63,716 nucleotides of DNA, filler included, from Ministeria vibrans ATCC 50519 (GCA_943704425.1; 8 parts of 8 records of this genome joined end to end with filler, not necessarily neighbours in it); one strand, 5' to 3'; counted from the first letter of the whole stretch, positions 25,618 through 41,270 are shown. The notes: a model not told the origin generated them from the sequence alone. Translations and numbers: made by a program.

Positions 25618-28258
25618 NNNNNNNNNNNNNNNNNNNNNNNNNNNNNNNNNNNNNNNNNNNNNNNNNNNNNNNNNNNNNNNNNNNNNNNNNNNNNNNNNNN
25701 NNNNNNNNNNNNNNNNNNNNNNNNNNNNNNNNNNNNNNNNNNNNNNNNNNNNNNNNNNNNNNNNNNNNNNNNNNNNNNNNNNNNNNNNNNNNNNNNNNNN
25801 NNNNNNNNNNNNNNNNNNNNNNNNNNNNNNNNNNNNNNNNNNNNNNNNNNNNNNNNNNNNNNNNNNNNNNNNNNNNNNNNNNNNNNNNNNNNNNNNNNNN
25901 NNNNNNNNNNNNNNNNNNNNNNNNNNNNNNNNNNNNNNNNNNNNNNNNNNNNNNNNNNNNNNNNNNNNNNNNNNNNNNNNNNNNNNNNNNNNNNNNNNNN
26001 NNNNNNNNNNNNNNNNNNNNNNNNNNNNNNNNNNNNNNNNNNNNNNNNNNNNNNNNNNNNNNNNNNNNNNNNNNNNNNNNNNNNNNNNNNNNNNNNNNNN
26101 NNNNNNNNNNNNNNNNNNNNNNNNNNNNNNNNNNNNNNNNNNNNNNNNNNNNNNNNNNNNNNNNNNNNNNNNNNNNNNNNNNNNNNNNNNNNNNNNNNNN
26201 NNNNNNNNNNNNNNNNNNNNNNNNNNNNNNNNNNNNNNNNNNNNNNNNNNNNNNNNNNNNNNNNNNNNNNNNNNNNNNNNNNNNNNNNNNNNNNNNNNNN
26301 NNNNNNNNNNNNNNNNNNNNNNNNNNNNNNNNNNNNNNNNNNNNNNNNNNNNNNNNNNNNNNNNNNNNNNNNNNNNNNNNNNNNNNNNNNNNNNNNNNNN
26401 NNNNNNNNNNNNNAAAAAAAAAAAAAAAAAAAAAAAACGCAATTGCGGAGAATTTCTTCTTCTAACGTCATTATGTTTTTTTTTGTCGTAGTTTGAACGC
26501 AATCAGACGGATCGATTCGATTTGAAAGCCCTTGATTTGGGCTCGGAGGTGCGGAAAGTGCGACTGTGGCACGATGGTAAGGGAGTGGGCAGTGGCTGGC
26601 ATGTGGCACGACTGGTGCTGCGTGTGCCGTCGCAGGGCAAAGAGTACCTCTTTGACGTGAACCGCTGGCTCGACGAGGGCGAGGCGGACGGTGAGTTAGC
26701 AGTGGAGTTGATGCCGAACGAGGTGCGCGAGACGGAGCGCATGGTGCCATGGGAGATCCGGGTGCAAACGGCGGACGAGCGCACTGCCGGCACCGACAGT
26801 GAGATCACAGCGACGGTGTACGGGCCCAAGGGCCACACCAAGGCCATGTTGCTGGCGACCAAGTCAGACACGTTTGAGCGCAACAGCGAGAGTGTGTTCA
26901 AGGTTGAAGGCAAAGATGTGGGGCGCCCCTTCAAGGTACGCCTTAACATGCGTCCCAAGGGCATCGCGCCTGGCTGGAAGTGCGCCGGTGTACAGCTGGT
27001 CGATCCCAACACGAGCGAGACGCTCGCGTGGGACCCTCATGCTGACGGCGAAACTCGCCATGAGGGTGTTTGGTTCAACGGTGACCGTGGCGACGAGACC
27101 CTTGTGCACGAATTCCCGCTTGCGGCTGCACCGGTACCGGCGTCAGCGAGGACGCCCCAGAGCGCGAAGAAGGGCAAGGGCAAGTCGAAGAGCAGCGAGA
27201 GTTCCGAGACCAGCACCAAGCCACGTCCCATGACCGAGTACGCCGTGCATGTGTTTACGGGAGACAAGAAGCACGCGGGAACGGACAGTCGCATTTCGCT
27301 TGTGCTCTACGGTGCCAAATACGGCGACACAGGCGAGCGTGTGCTGTGCAAGAGCAGCACACACAAAAGCACGTTTCGCCGCAATCAAGAGGACATCTTT
27401 ACTGTGCACGCTGTCAATTTGGGCACGCTAGTGAAAGCGCGCGTGGCGTCGGACGCCTCTGGTCTTGGTGCTGGCTGGTTTTGCGACCGTGTTGAGGTGG
27501 AGGACTTGGCCAAGAAGAAGACGTACACGTTTGCCTGTGGGCGCTGGCTGGACACCGAAGAGGACGATGGTCTGACGGTGCGCGAGCTGGCGGAGGCTGA
27601 TGCACCTGCGGAAGTACGTGGCGGCAGTGTCAAGTATGAGGTGAAGGTGACGACGGGTGATGTAAAACACGCGTCGACGGACGCCAACTGCTTCATCACG
27701 CTTTTTGGCGACAAGGGCGACACGGGTAAACTCAAGCTGCGCGACAGTGGCACACACAAAGACAAGTTTCAGCGAGGACACACCGACGTGTTTATCCTGT
27801 CGGCTATTGACCTGGGAAAACTCACAAAGGTGGAGCTGGGGCATGACAACAAGGGACTTGGCAGGTGAGCAGACGTGTTACACCAGTTTGTTTAATAATT
27901 ATTTTATTTTTTATTATTATTAGTATCATAATTTATTATTATTATTAAATTTTTATTATTATGATTATAGACCATAGCTAGTCTTTCACCTGAATTCATT
28001 TTATAATTTTTATTCCTATTTTGATTCTGATCCTGAGTGGGTTTGTTTTTTGTAGTGATTGGTATGTGGAGTCGCTCGAGATCAACGTACCATCGATGGG
28101 CCACTTGTACAAGTTTCCGGTGGCCAAATGGTTTGCCAAGGGACGCGACGACGGACGATTAGTACGCGAGCTGTTTCCCAGCGAGACGCAAAGCAACGCT
28201 TTTAAGAAGTTTGACGCGTGGCAAGTGCGCGTGTTTACGGGCGGGCAAAGGGGAGCAG
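21902..28258 (+). CDS. LOXHD1: Lipoxygenase homology (multi-PLAT) domain protein, 3' end missing
   Basis: At least 10 PLAT repeats (T.D.RxAGTDANVF..L.G..G, FERG..D.F, HD.SG...GW, F.CxxWL..EGDG). Start codon uncertain; cut at the assembly spacer. Confidence 0.88.
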
Positions 28259-28345
28259 GTGAGTGATTTAGTAATCATGTGAATGTATGTGTGTGTGTAT
28301 GTTTATGTATGTGTGCGTGTATGTATGTGTGTGTGTTTGTGTGTT

Positions 28346-28443
<98 letters not shown>

Positions 28444-28543
28444 NNNNNNNNNNNNNNNNNNNNNNNNNNNNNNNNNNNNNNNNNNNNTTAATTAATTAAN
28501 NNNNNNNNNNNNNNNNNNNNNNNNNNNNNNNNNNNNNNNNNNN
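28444..28543. other. Assembly spacer N-TTAATTAATTAA-N (also 41134-41233, 55063-55162, 57251-57350, 58835-58934, 60524-60623, 62191-62290)
   Basis: Identical six-frame-stop 12-mer centred in 100-bp N blocks; genes are truncated at these points. Confidence 0.95.
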
Positions 28544-28599
28544 CAAACAGTGCGATGAAAAAAAAAAAACACACACACACACTTCAAAAAAAAGACCAC

Positions 28600-28825
28600 T
28601 TGTGGGAACGAGAGACGTGCGCACGTTCAAGTACGCCATAAAAATCCGAATGGAGGACACAGGGAGAGTAGCAGACGAGCCGGAAACAGTTTCGTTTGGT
28701 TCGTATATTACCGACAAAAGGTGAGACATAAACTCACGTTGCTGCTGCGGCGCCAGGGCCACCAGCCACTCTCCGGTCGACCGCGCTTTGTCTTTGTCCT
28801 CCTCCTTGCCTGCGTCCGACGACAT
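28600..28825 (-). CDS. 5' fragment of an unidentified gene
   Basis: ATG, MSSDAGKEEDKDKARSTGEWLVALAPQQQ, then a GTGAG donor; divergent from the RhoGEF and cut by the spacer. Confidence 0.4.
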
Positions 28826-29135
28826 TGCAGGAGAAACGACGGTTAATATAATATATTATTATTAAAATTATTGTTACTAAACTATTATCACTATTGAATA
28901 TCACCAAGCCACTCACAAGCCACTCTAGCCCAAGCCCGAATGCAGTTATTGACAGACTTATTGTAGCCAATATCTGAGTTATCTCATTCAACGCAACTCC
29001 ATACTCGTCTCTTGAAGTAAGTATTCGCCATTTGATTTGATGGGATATGTTGAAGTTCAACAATCAACAATAATAATTATTAGTCATGAGTCAACTCTTA
29101 TGTCTTATCATTATTTTCTTCTGTTATCGATCTCC

Positions 29136-32100
29136 ATGGCAGAGCCAGACGGCCCCGAACTAACTCGTGTTCAGCGAGGAAGTATCGATGGCCTCTGGGC
29201 ACGCTGTGCCACGTGCAGCAGGTAGCAGCGACCGACGAGAAGAGCGCAAGCGATCTTTCTCTCTCTCTGTTTGTCTCTCTCTCTCTCTCTGTCTCTCTCT
29301 GTGTGTCTTCCTGAACCCCGCTTGCCTCTCCTGCTCACAGCCACCCCTCGCCTTCCCAATCCACTCCCCACTCTCCCCCTCATCACTCTCTTCCATGCCT
29401 CTCAGTGCGTTTCTTTCCTGAAATTCCTTTTTTTTTTTGGGTCCTTTTTTTTTTTTTTTTTTCTTATAGCAACATTGTGCTCGAACAGCTCGAAGAACAC
29501 TCAAAGAAATGCGACACGGCCAGCTCGGGGGGCTCGAGTCGACGCAGCAGCCTGGCGCCGCCGACCCCGTCGAGTGCGTCGAAGCGGCACTCGGCCCCGC
29601 CAAGGAGCATCCTCGACGAGCAGGACGAGCTCGCTCCCTCGCAAACCCCCCTCGACGAAACTGCCGCCGCCCGCGCCTGTCCGCCGTCGATGGCGTCGCC
29701 CGCGCCCGCAAAGGCCGCACACGTCCGTGATCCTATCGCCTCGGCATCGACCAACGGCGCAAAGCCGCGGGCCGGCCGATCGCAGTCGGCCCAAGCTACG
29801 TTGCCGCGCAAACGGGCCGTTTTGGGCGACGTCGAAAAGGACAATGCTGTGCTCGTGCGTCAAATCAAGCGCCTCAAGCGACGCAATCAGGAGCTCGAAA
29901 GGCTTCGCGACGAGCTTGAGGAGGCCGCGACGAGCAATGCGCCCATGCTTTTTGTCGCAGGCCAACACGAAATGGTCGCCGCCCTGCACCGTCAAGTCGA
30001 AGCGCTCAACGCGCGCGCCAGCGCAGCCGAGGCGGCCGAAGCTCGTGCCCGCAATCAACTTGCCGCCATTGAAGAGCAAGCGCGTGAACGTGTGCGCGCC
30101 GCCGAGGACGCCGCCGATGCACGGGTCGCCGAGGTACGCCGCGAATTGGCCGAGACGTCAACAGAAAACTTGGCGACGGTACAGGCGCAGCTCGAGACAC
30201 ACAGTGCGGTCGACAGCGAGTTGCGTGTGCAACTGAGCGAGGCACGCACCAATGTTGAACGCCTAGAAGAGACTGTAAAGCTGCACGAGGACCGCGTGTC
30301 GGCGCAGGGCACACAACTCATCACCATGTTTAAGCAAGTGAGCGAACTCAACGATACCAATCACCAATTACGCAGTGAGCTTGCCGACGCCGAGCACGAC
30401 ATTGCGTCGCTCATGGAAGTTGCTCAGCGTCATACCCCTGGCCGTAGTGGTCATCAGCACTCGTTGATCTCGTCGGTCGCCATTGAGGCACGCCTGCGCT
30501 CCTGGTCTGGCACGTCGCTCGGCAGCGCCGATCTCGAAGACATCAATGCCGACCTTGTTCGATCAGAGTCCCTCAAAATTCGCTCACGCAGCAACAGCTT
30601 TACGACTCGCTCCGTCTCGCGCCCGGGCTCCATGTCACCGCCCTCCGAATCGTCGTCGACGCCCCTGCGCAAGACCAGTCTTCTCAGCCGCATCCGTCGC
30701 ATTGGCTCCTTTCGTGGCTCCGACCAGCACAAGGCTGCCAGTGCCGCCGCCTCCAACTCCACCTCCACAGCTCCATCCAAAGTCACTGCCACGTCTCCTG
30801 TGAGTTCTTTGACGTGCGACCACCACCAATCATCGGGCGTGCCACGCTCTCTCTCCTCGCCTGTGCACACACTTCCCTCACAGTTGATCACCGACAGTCC
30901 CCCACCACACTTGTCGCCCATTCGCTCGCCCCTTTCCACCACCACCACCACCAGTACCTCGAATGCAGTCGAGATACCCTCCGCCACAGACGAAGGAGAA
31001 GCCGAAGCTTCCGACAAAATCACCGACATTCCACCTTCCACATCTCCCTCGAACAGACGACTTGCACCTCCCACCACCCCCGGTAATTCTACCACCACGG
31101 GTACCGGCACGAGCCTCACCGTCGCCCGTCGTCGTTCTTCTACGTCGTCAATCACACTACGTCGGTCACACAGCGACCAGTTTCGGCGGTCGCCCTCGAC
31201 ACGCTCAGCGACGGGTAGCAGTGCCAACACGGTGACGCAAGAGCGGCCATCGTCTCCCACATCACCCAATGACGGGCCCGTCATCAATGTTGTCGACCTC
31301 GAACCGGACGTGCCCAGTGACGACGAAGAAGACGAGCTGCTGCGCGAGGCACAAAGTCGTCGTGGCAGCATTTTCGATGTGGTCTCGCGCAACTTGTCGA
31401 GTCTCGACGAGGACGTGGAGCGACGCAGGGCAGCCGCGCGCCTTGTTGAGCGACGGCGTCGTGCCATTCAGATGAATCGTGTTAGCAAAAGCTACGCCGG
31501 CGAACAGCCCGACATGCTGCAGGTGTATGCACTGAGTGATCTAGCTCGCAATGCGGTGGTGTTGCTGCAGGCACACGTTCGCGGTCTCATTGCGCGTCGC
31601 AACCACAAGTTGCGGGTTCGTCGCTCACTCATTGTACGGGAACTGCTCGAGACGGAACGCTCCTATGTGCACACGTTGCGCACGATTGAGAAGTGGTACA
31701 TCAAGCCGTTGTCGTGCCACGCGATGCAGCAGCCCGGCTTTGAGACGGTGATTCTTACGGTGGAAGAGATCGAGCGCGTCTTTGGTACGATTCCCGACAT
31801 TTTGCAGCTGCACTCGACACTGCTGGAGCGTCTTGAGTTGCGCCTGGAACACTGGTCGCACTATCAGTGCATTGGCGATCTCTTTTCCGAGCTTGCTGAC
31901 ACCCACCTTGAGCTGTACACGCGCTACGTCAACTCGTACGAGATGGCCTTGAGCATCATCACGGCGCACCGCAACAACCCCGCCTACCGCAAGTTTGTCG
32001 ACGATCGTCGCGATTTCCACCGGATCAAAGAGGGCCTCGGCGAACTTCTCATTACCCCTGTACAGCGTATTCCGCGCTACGTGCTGCTGCTTGAGCGACT

Positions 32101-33771
32101 CATCAAGAACACGGTGACATCACATCCCGACTGCGAGACGCTCGAGTTGTCGCTCGCGCACATGCGCGACATCACGGCCATGATTGATGACCGCAAGCGC
32201 GCCGCTCAAGAGGTCGAAGTGATTCAGTCCAAGCTGGTCGGTGCCGAGCCCATTGTAGTACCACTGCGACGCTTTGTGCTTGAGGCCGACATTATGGTGG
32301 TCAAGCAGGGCCAACAGCGCCAGAAGCTGCGCCACATTTTCCTCTTCAACGACCTTCTCCTGTGCACGTCGGTGCGGTCGTCGTCATTCCTCTTTGGTCG
32401 CCAGCGCATCTCGGCCAACAGCTTTCCCAACGCACCTTCGTCGGGCGCCTCTGGTCATGACGCCCTTCTGCATAGCGGCGGTATTCAATTCCAGCAAAAG
32501 TGGCGTTTGCCTATCAGCGACTTCAACGTCAAAGAGGCCGACCTTACCGAGCCCCATCATCGTGCCCTCGCCGAATTGATCCATGCGGCTCTCGAACGCA
32601 ATCTATCCGCGGCCACCGACGACCTTGCGAGCGTCGAGCCTACCATCGCAAGTGGTGCATCTCCACAACCCACCAGTACCACCACGACGCCGTCAACTTC
32701 CGCCTCTTCCTTCACCTCCGCAGCGAATACGTCCTCTTCCACCACCACGTCTTCTTCGTCCTTCCTCGTGCCCGTCGAGCTCACTCGCTTGAAGTCCAAT
32801 ACCTCTGAGCGTATTGTCTTTTGCATGAAGGAACGTTCCGCCATGGACAAATTCCTCTCTGTCATTGCAATGCTCAAAGACGAATTCAGAGGTACCTATG
32901 CGCATCAAAGCCAGAGAAAGGACTGTATTTTATTCTTACTTTTATTATTATTTTTGTTTTTTATATTATGGTCTTTAGACGGACAAGCGCGCTCAACTCA
33001 GTTCCGAAACAATGTGATCCGCAAGAAGGATGCTCACTTTGGTCGCAAACACCGCAGTCCCGATGGCGGTCGCAAACATCAAGCCAAAGTACGAAGGAAA
33101 AGGAAAAAAAAAAAAAAGACAGCTGATAGAGAGACACTGAGACACCACACGATCGTTTTCTTGGCTAGGCGGATTGGGCGAGTATTCGAGACTACTTTTC
33201 GTCGCCCACAAATAGCGGTGGGAGTGGGAGTGGGGCGGTTGGGTCGCCGTCGAGCAACCAAGGGGTGAGTCCGCGGTTGCGACGGGGCAGTTCGGCTGGA
33301 GCGGGTCTCAATGTGGCTGGATTGACTGCCGTGCCGCCCGCTGCGGTTGAAGGAGCAGGAGGCGGTAATGGAGGCAGTGGAGGGTCGTTGGGTGGTATTG
33401 CAGGTGGGCCATCGTCAACGTCGTCGGTTGGAGTCACCGAAGAGATTGGTGATGGTGCGAGCAGTAGCGGAGTGGGCGATGGCGAGTCGAATGGCGCTGC
33501 AGACGCGTCGGACATGTCCATTCGCAAGGCAGAGCTGAACGAAGCGATTGAAGTGCGCATGTGCGAGTTGCGTGCACAGATTCTACACGAAGAGAAGTTT
33601 CTTGCGGGCGTGGAGGCCATGAAGCAGGCATACGGTGAGCAAGGGAAGCGCAAGAGCAAGAGCAAGGACGCCATGGAGCTGTCTAAACAGCACACTGCCG
33701 TCAGTGCTCGTCTCCAGCGCCTTCGTGTCGAACTTGCCTCTCTCACTGGCTCCAGCGAGTCAGTTTTGTAA
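29136..33771 (+). CDS. RhoGEF (coiled coil, IQ motif, DH-PH, C-terminal coiled coil)
   Basis: LQAHVRGLIARR (IQ); ELLETERSYV and LLITPVQRIPRYVLLL (DH); RHIFLFNDLLLC (PH). Confidence 0.9.
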
Positions 33772-33964
33772 TCAGTATTATTTTCTCGTAATCAATGTAT
33801 TTTAATAACAATAAAGTATAATTATTATTTAAGAAAAATACCCAAAACCAAAAGTTTAAGAATTCAATTCGATTGCATGAATGTATTCGTTACAAGTTGT
33901 GAGAGGAGTGGGTGCTCGTGGTGTGTACAGGTGCAGTCAGCGACGGGAGGTCCTTTTTTTGCGC

Positions 33965-35542
33965 TTAAGGAATGGGGTAGGAGAAAGGCGCAAAGTCGCG
34001 CTTGGCGGCAATCTCTGAGGCAATAGGGAAGAGACGGCGGCGACGCTTCTCGGTGGGGGCTGCTGCAGTGGCCACGTAGCGTGGGGAGAAAATGCTTCCG
34101 GCGGGGCGAGTTGGAGAACTGCTCTTGACGGGGGCGACGGCGGTGTGCATTTGACGGACACCCTGGAAGGAGCCTGATGAGGTGCTGGGGGCGGAGGCGC
34201 TGGTGGGAGGCGCTGAGGCGGCAGTGCCATCCTTGCGGTTGAGAAGCATGTGTGCGCGCACGAGGGAACCTTCTGTGAGGGCAGACATGAGAGAGAGTTC
34301 GCCAGCAAGGACGGTGGAGCAGATGAGACCCGCGAGGAAGTTTGCACGAAGACCAGGTGTGAGGGGAAGGTCCATCATGTCGAGACAGGCACGCTGAGAA
34401 GGAAGAGAGGTACCACCGCCGATGGTGCCAAGTTCGAGGCATGGCATGGTAACGGAGGCGTACAGTTCCTGGGTCGAGTCGTCGCATCGCAGCTGGGTGA
34501 TGGCCATGCTGCTTGAGACGACCTGAGCGGGGTCCTGGCCGGTGGCGAGGTACGTGGCCGCGACAATGTTGGCCGAGTGCGCGTTGTTACCGCCAATGGT
34601 GCCGGCCATGGCGCTGCCAATGTAGTTCTTGGCAACGTGGGTGGTGACGAGAGCATGCGGGTCGACCTTGAGCACCTTGCGCACAGTGTCGTACGAGATG
34701 CGGGCCTCCGCGCTGGCACGACGGCCGCGACCGCCAATCCAGTTGACTGCGGCCGCCTTCTTGTCGCTACAGACGTTGCCCGAGAGTGCCAGAAGACGCA
34801 TGTGGGGGAAGTGTTCTTGAATCTTGCTCATGACAGCCTCGGTGCCCTTGGAGACCATGTTCATCCCCATGGCGTCGGCGGTGGTGGCGCGGAAGCGCAG
34901 GTAGCAGTAGGTGCCGACGGTGTGGGCGGCCACTTCGGCAAGACGTCCAAAGCGTGTGGTGGCGTTAAAAGCCGAGTGCACTTGGTCGCGGTTCTCGGTA
35001 AGCCAGGCTTCGAGGCGCTCGCACTCGGCGAGAGAGCCCAGATCGACGACGGGCGAGCGGGTCATGCCGACCTCCTTGACGAAGGTGCGCACGCCGCCGC
35101 TGCGGGACATGGCGGTGGCGCCACGCTGGGTGGAGGCGAGAAGAGCGCCTTCTGTTGTTGCCATGGGCACAAAGTGCTCCTTGCCATTGATGAGGAAAGG
35201 TCCAACAACACCAACTGTGATAAATTTAAAAGAAAAAAAGTCCAAGTGTGAGATTTTTTTTTTTTACGTTTTCTATTCTGCTTTCTTACCTGGCAAGTGA
35301 AGGGTACCCACGACGTTTTCGCAGTTGGTGCCGCGGATGGCATCGTAATAGGAGGGCTCGGCGTCGGGAAGAGAGGCGACGCTCTTGAGACCGCGCTCCT
35401 CAGTCAGGAAGCGACGACGGATGCTGACGCACTCGGCGGCCGACAGACCCGCCGACTTCTCAAGGACATGGTGACGGATCTGGCCCGAGGTGAGTTGGCG
35501 CCATGCCAGTGCCATTGCTGATTCTGCCTTTGCTGCAGCCAT
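33965..35542 (-). CDS. HMGCR: HMG-CoA reductase class I, no membrane domain
   Basis: CENVVG, MATTEGALLAS, DAMGMNM, GNVCSDKK, GQDPAQ, GTIGGGT, LVRAHMLLNR; one intron. Confidence 0.97.
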
Positions 35543-36594
35543 TATGAATATTCTTTTGGTGTTTTTTTGTGATCACGCTCAAGTGAATCTAGAAAACGGG
35601 AAGAAGAAGAAGAAAAAGAGCAGGGATGAGTCAAGTAAAGATGATGTGTTGATTTTCAGGGGAGAGCACAAGCAAAAGAACGTTTGCTTTTTTTTTTTCC
35701 TTATGGAGTTTGGGATGAGCACCAAAAGAAGAGTTTGCAGTGCTGGACAGATCTGGGGGAAACGAGGCGCATGGGCGCGTTCTCGAGTGCGCGATGGATG
35801 ATATATAGGTGTTATGAAGGTGCTGTGGCAGGGGGAGCGAGGGCGAGGACGAATGGAGCGTTGAGTAGACAGATGCGTGACTAAAAAAAACACCATTGTT
35901 GGCGGGAGGCAAATAGGGAGATGTGTGGGCGCAGCCAAGGGCGCGATGCCACACAGGCTAGTCATATTAAGGTAATGGGAGCAAGCGCGCGCGCATTGCA
36001 AGGCCCAATGTGCGAGCATGGAAAAGTGGTCTGCTGGATAAATGATGCGCGCCGGCCAATAGGAAGCGAGCACTGTCGCAGCGACGCATAGACCACAAAC
36101 ACCCACGGCGCCGCTCGTGGGGCGGGTCGGGGCCGTCCATGGCATACACCATCGACCTATTTGATCGCCCATATCGCGTGTGGCGACTGTCTCTTCTTTC
36201 TTTTCCTTTTTGTCGTTTTTTTTCTTTTTCTCTTTTTTTTTTGGAAGATAGATGCAGCGAGTGTGTCGAATGGGGATATGTTTTGCATACCAAAAGTTTA
36301 GAAGGTGCTCAGGGGGCACAATCAAAAGTTGGAAAGTGAACAAAAAAGTGAATACTGAATATTGAATGATTAATTCATATTGAATAATTTGAATTGGTCG
36401 AAAGACGTAAGTATCAACTCAGACTGACAAAAGACACAGTGGAGGCGTGGAATAGCCTGGTGGAATTAAAGTTAAAATGAGAAAAGAAGAGAGCGACTGG
36501 CAAGAACTGTTGTACACGATTGATTTTTTGTTTGCATTATGGGATACACTTGTTATTAGTTCGGCTAAGCTTGCACAGAGTGAAGTAATAAGCC

Positions 36595-37517
36595 TTACTC
36601 ACTCTCGGTTTGCTTCCGCTTGAGCTTGTCGATGAGCTCTGTGGCGGGCGCAAACATTCCGTGGGTCTGAGCGCCACAGACGTGGCACTTGGTGCTCTTC
36701 TTGTGGTGGCGCAGCGCACACCGTTCGCAAAAATAATGTTTGCAGCGCGTGACGACGGGACGTTGGAAGGGGCTGCGGCAGATGAAACAAGCAAAAGGAA
36801 TGCCGTCGTCGTCGTCATCGTCGTCCGAGCCGTCGCCGTCACCGCCGCGGCCTTCTTCGCCCACGAGAGCCTCGCGACGCTTCTTGCGCTGCTCCTCCTC
36901 CCATTCGCGCTCGAGCATCCACCCGCTCTTGTAGTCCGATCGGTCGTGCAAGTAGATACAGCTGTCGCCGTATGAGCACACGCCCGTCTCTTTGTAATCC
37001 TTGCAAATTTCTACCAAAAGAAATGAGACGATTGATGTTAAAAAGCGAGCGAATTAGCATGTGTCGTACCTGGGTTGAAATCAAAGCGGGACGTGACACG
37101 CACATTGGACGCGGCTCGCACGGGACCGGGGCGCAACGAGAGAGCATTAGACTGACTAGAACTACTCACGCGACCCGTGTTGTCGTCGACACTCGACGTG
37201 GCGGTCGCTCCGCCGTCGGCTGGGCCCGACGTCGTCGTGGTGCGTGCCGAGGCGAAGCTGTGCAAAGCGCCGCGTCGCTCGTCGTCCACGTCGTCCTCAT
37301 CGCCGTCTCCGTCGCCCTTGGGTGCCTCGCCATGGTCCTCGGCGTGCATGGCCCGGGCAGCCTTGAGTGCCTTGCTCGATGAATTCGCCGCAATCGGTGC
37401 GTGTTTCGACCTGCGCACTCGACGTTTCACAGCCGATTCTGGAGGCAAACAGCAAAGGAGGTGAGTGTCGTGCGTCAAGGTAGGCATGTCTGAGACCATA
37501 TACCATCATCATCATCA

Positions 37518-37557
<40 letters not shown>

Positions 37558-37690
37558 TGTCGTTGATACGGTCATTGTCGACTAAGTCGCGCTTTGCCTT
37601 CTTTCGTGCCGCCTCTGCCTTTCGCTTTCTGCCTCGCTTGAACAGCACTACAGGAGGATTTGCCGTGGCTTCTGAAGCGTTGGTTTCCAT
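36595..37690 (-). CDS. RNF113A: Spliceosomal CCCH/RING protein RNF113A (Cwc24)
   Basis: [50 protein letters not shown]; IPFACFICR...CKHYFCERC. Confidence 0.95.
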
Positions 37691-37819
37691 TGAAAATGAA
37701 ACGAAGTGATCACAGATCAGCAATGAGCAAACCACAGATGAATCCACCAATCCCATTTCAAATTTGAAATTTCGTATTAGTTATATTTTCATTATTTTTT
37801 CTTTTGGCTCACATCAAAT

Positions 37820-40024
<2,205 letters not shown>

Positions 40025-40133
40025 GCCCAAGAGACAATCAAATCTACCCTGTCTTTTTTTAAAAAAAAAACAAAATACAAAAAAAAACCAACTTTTTTTC
40101 GTTTCGAAATTTTTCTTCCTCTTTCAATTTTTA

Positions 40134-41021
40134 TTAGACCGAAAAGCCAAAATTGCGAGGAGAATCGGGCAAGTTGATGCGATAGGTGTTTGAGGGCTTG
40201 CCCTGAGAGAGAGCCTCGAGACCGAGCATAAGCGAACCGACGCCAGAGGCACCCTACAGTAAAAGAGAAGGAAAAGGTTAAGCAAACCGTAGGTGGGGAA
40301 AGGAACTTACTTGCATGTAGCCCACCTGGGGCGCAGTCGTCTACGAACGGAAACGGGGCGAGGAAGGGATGTGTTAGTACAGTGGACATCTATCATACCA
40401 CTCGCTTGCTGTGTTACCGAGGACATGCGGGTACGCCACTCGGTCGTCACCCAGTACGTCTCGTCGCCCTTGGTCGTGCCCACATCAATCATGTTCTGCG
40501 CCACCATCTGTCCATAGCTCCAATTGTCCGGAAACAGTGTTCCGTTCACTTCGTGCATCAACATCGACAGCTAAACAGACACCAGCACAGTCAGAACACA
40601 CATCCTTATACAAAATACACCACACACTAAGCACACTAAACACACTAAGCACACACACTCTGCTCTATTACGTTGTTTCTTTCGTCCCTCTCTCTCTATC
40701 CCTATTTCCCTCGATCTATCACTTTCGCTCTTTCTCCCTCCACTCTCTATCACTTTGTTTCTTTCTCCCTCCTCTCTCTATATCGCTTTTGCTTCTCTCT
40801 ATTGTTCTTTCTTCCTCGTTTATCTCTCTTTCTGTGTTTTACCTCGACCACAGCAGCAGAGCCATCGCACTGTCCCACGTTGCCTAAACAAACGGAAGCG
40901 TGTCAAATTACTTGCACATTGCAGAAAAAATCTTACTCCAAATGGGCGAGTCGCTCTTTCCAATGTAGTAGTACCAGCTGAATGGTGGTGCAGGCTGATG
41001 GTCACGGATGGTCTTTGCCGA
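40134..41021 (-). CDS. Lanthionine synthetase C-like protein, bacterial type, 3' part only
   Basis: Spliced exons give IWSNVGQCDGSAAVVEL...YWVTTEWR...QVGYMQGASGVGSLML...RINLPDSP; 5' part lost at the spacer. Confidence 0.7.
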
Positions 41022-41079
41022 CTGCTCAATAAAAGTGAGTGCGTGAGACTCTCTCGTACTTTCTCAATCCCTTTGATTC

Positions 41080-41133
<54 letters not shown>

Positions 41134-41270
41134 NNNNNNNNNNNNNNNNNNNNNNNNNNNNNNNNNNNNNNNNNNNNTTAATTAATTAANNNNNNNNNNN
41201 NNNNNNNNNNNNNNNNNNNNNNNNNNNNNNNNNTTTTTTTTTTTTTTTTTTTTTTTTTTTTTGGACTTAC

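Noticed and set aside
28488-28499. Recurring palindrome TTAATTAATTAA as a biological element
   Set aside because: Always centred in fixed-length N blocks; an artificial six-frame-stop linker
9172-36000. Alternative genetic code
   Set aside because: Conserved genes translate cleanly with the standard code and use TAA, TAG and TGA as stops
35579-36343. 254-aa ORF as the missing HMGR membrane domain
   Set aside because: Low-complexity promoter/UTR sequence ending in a stop before the HMGR ATG, with no sterol-sensing-like TM pattern
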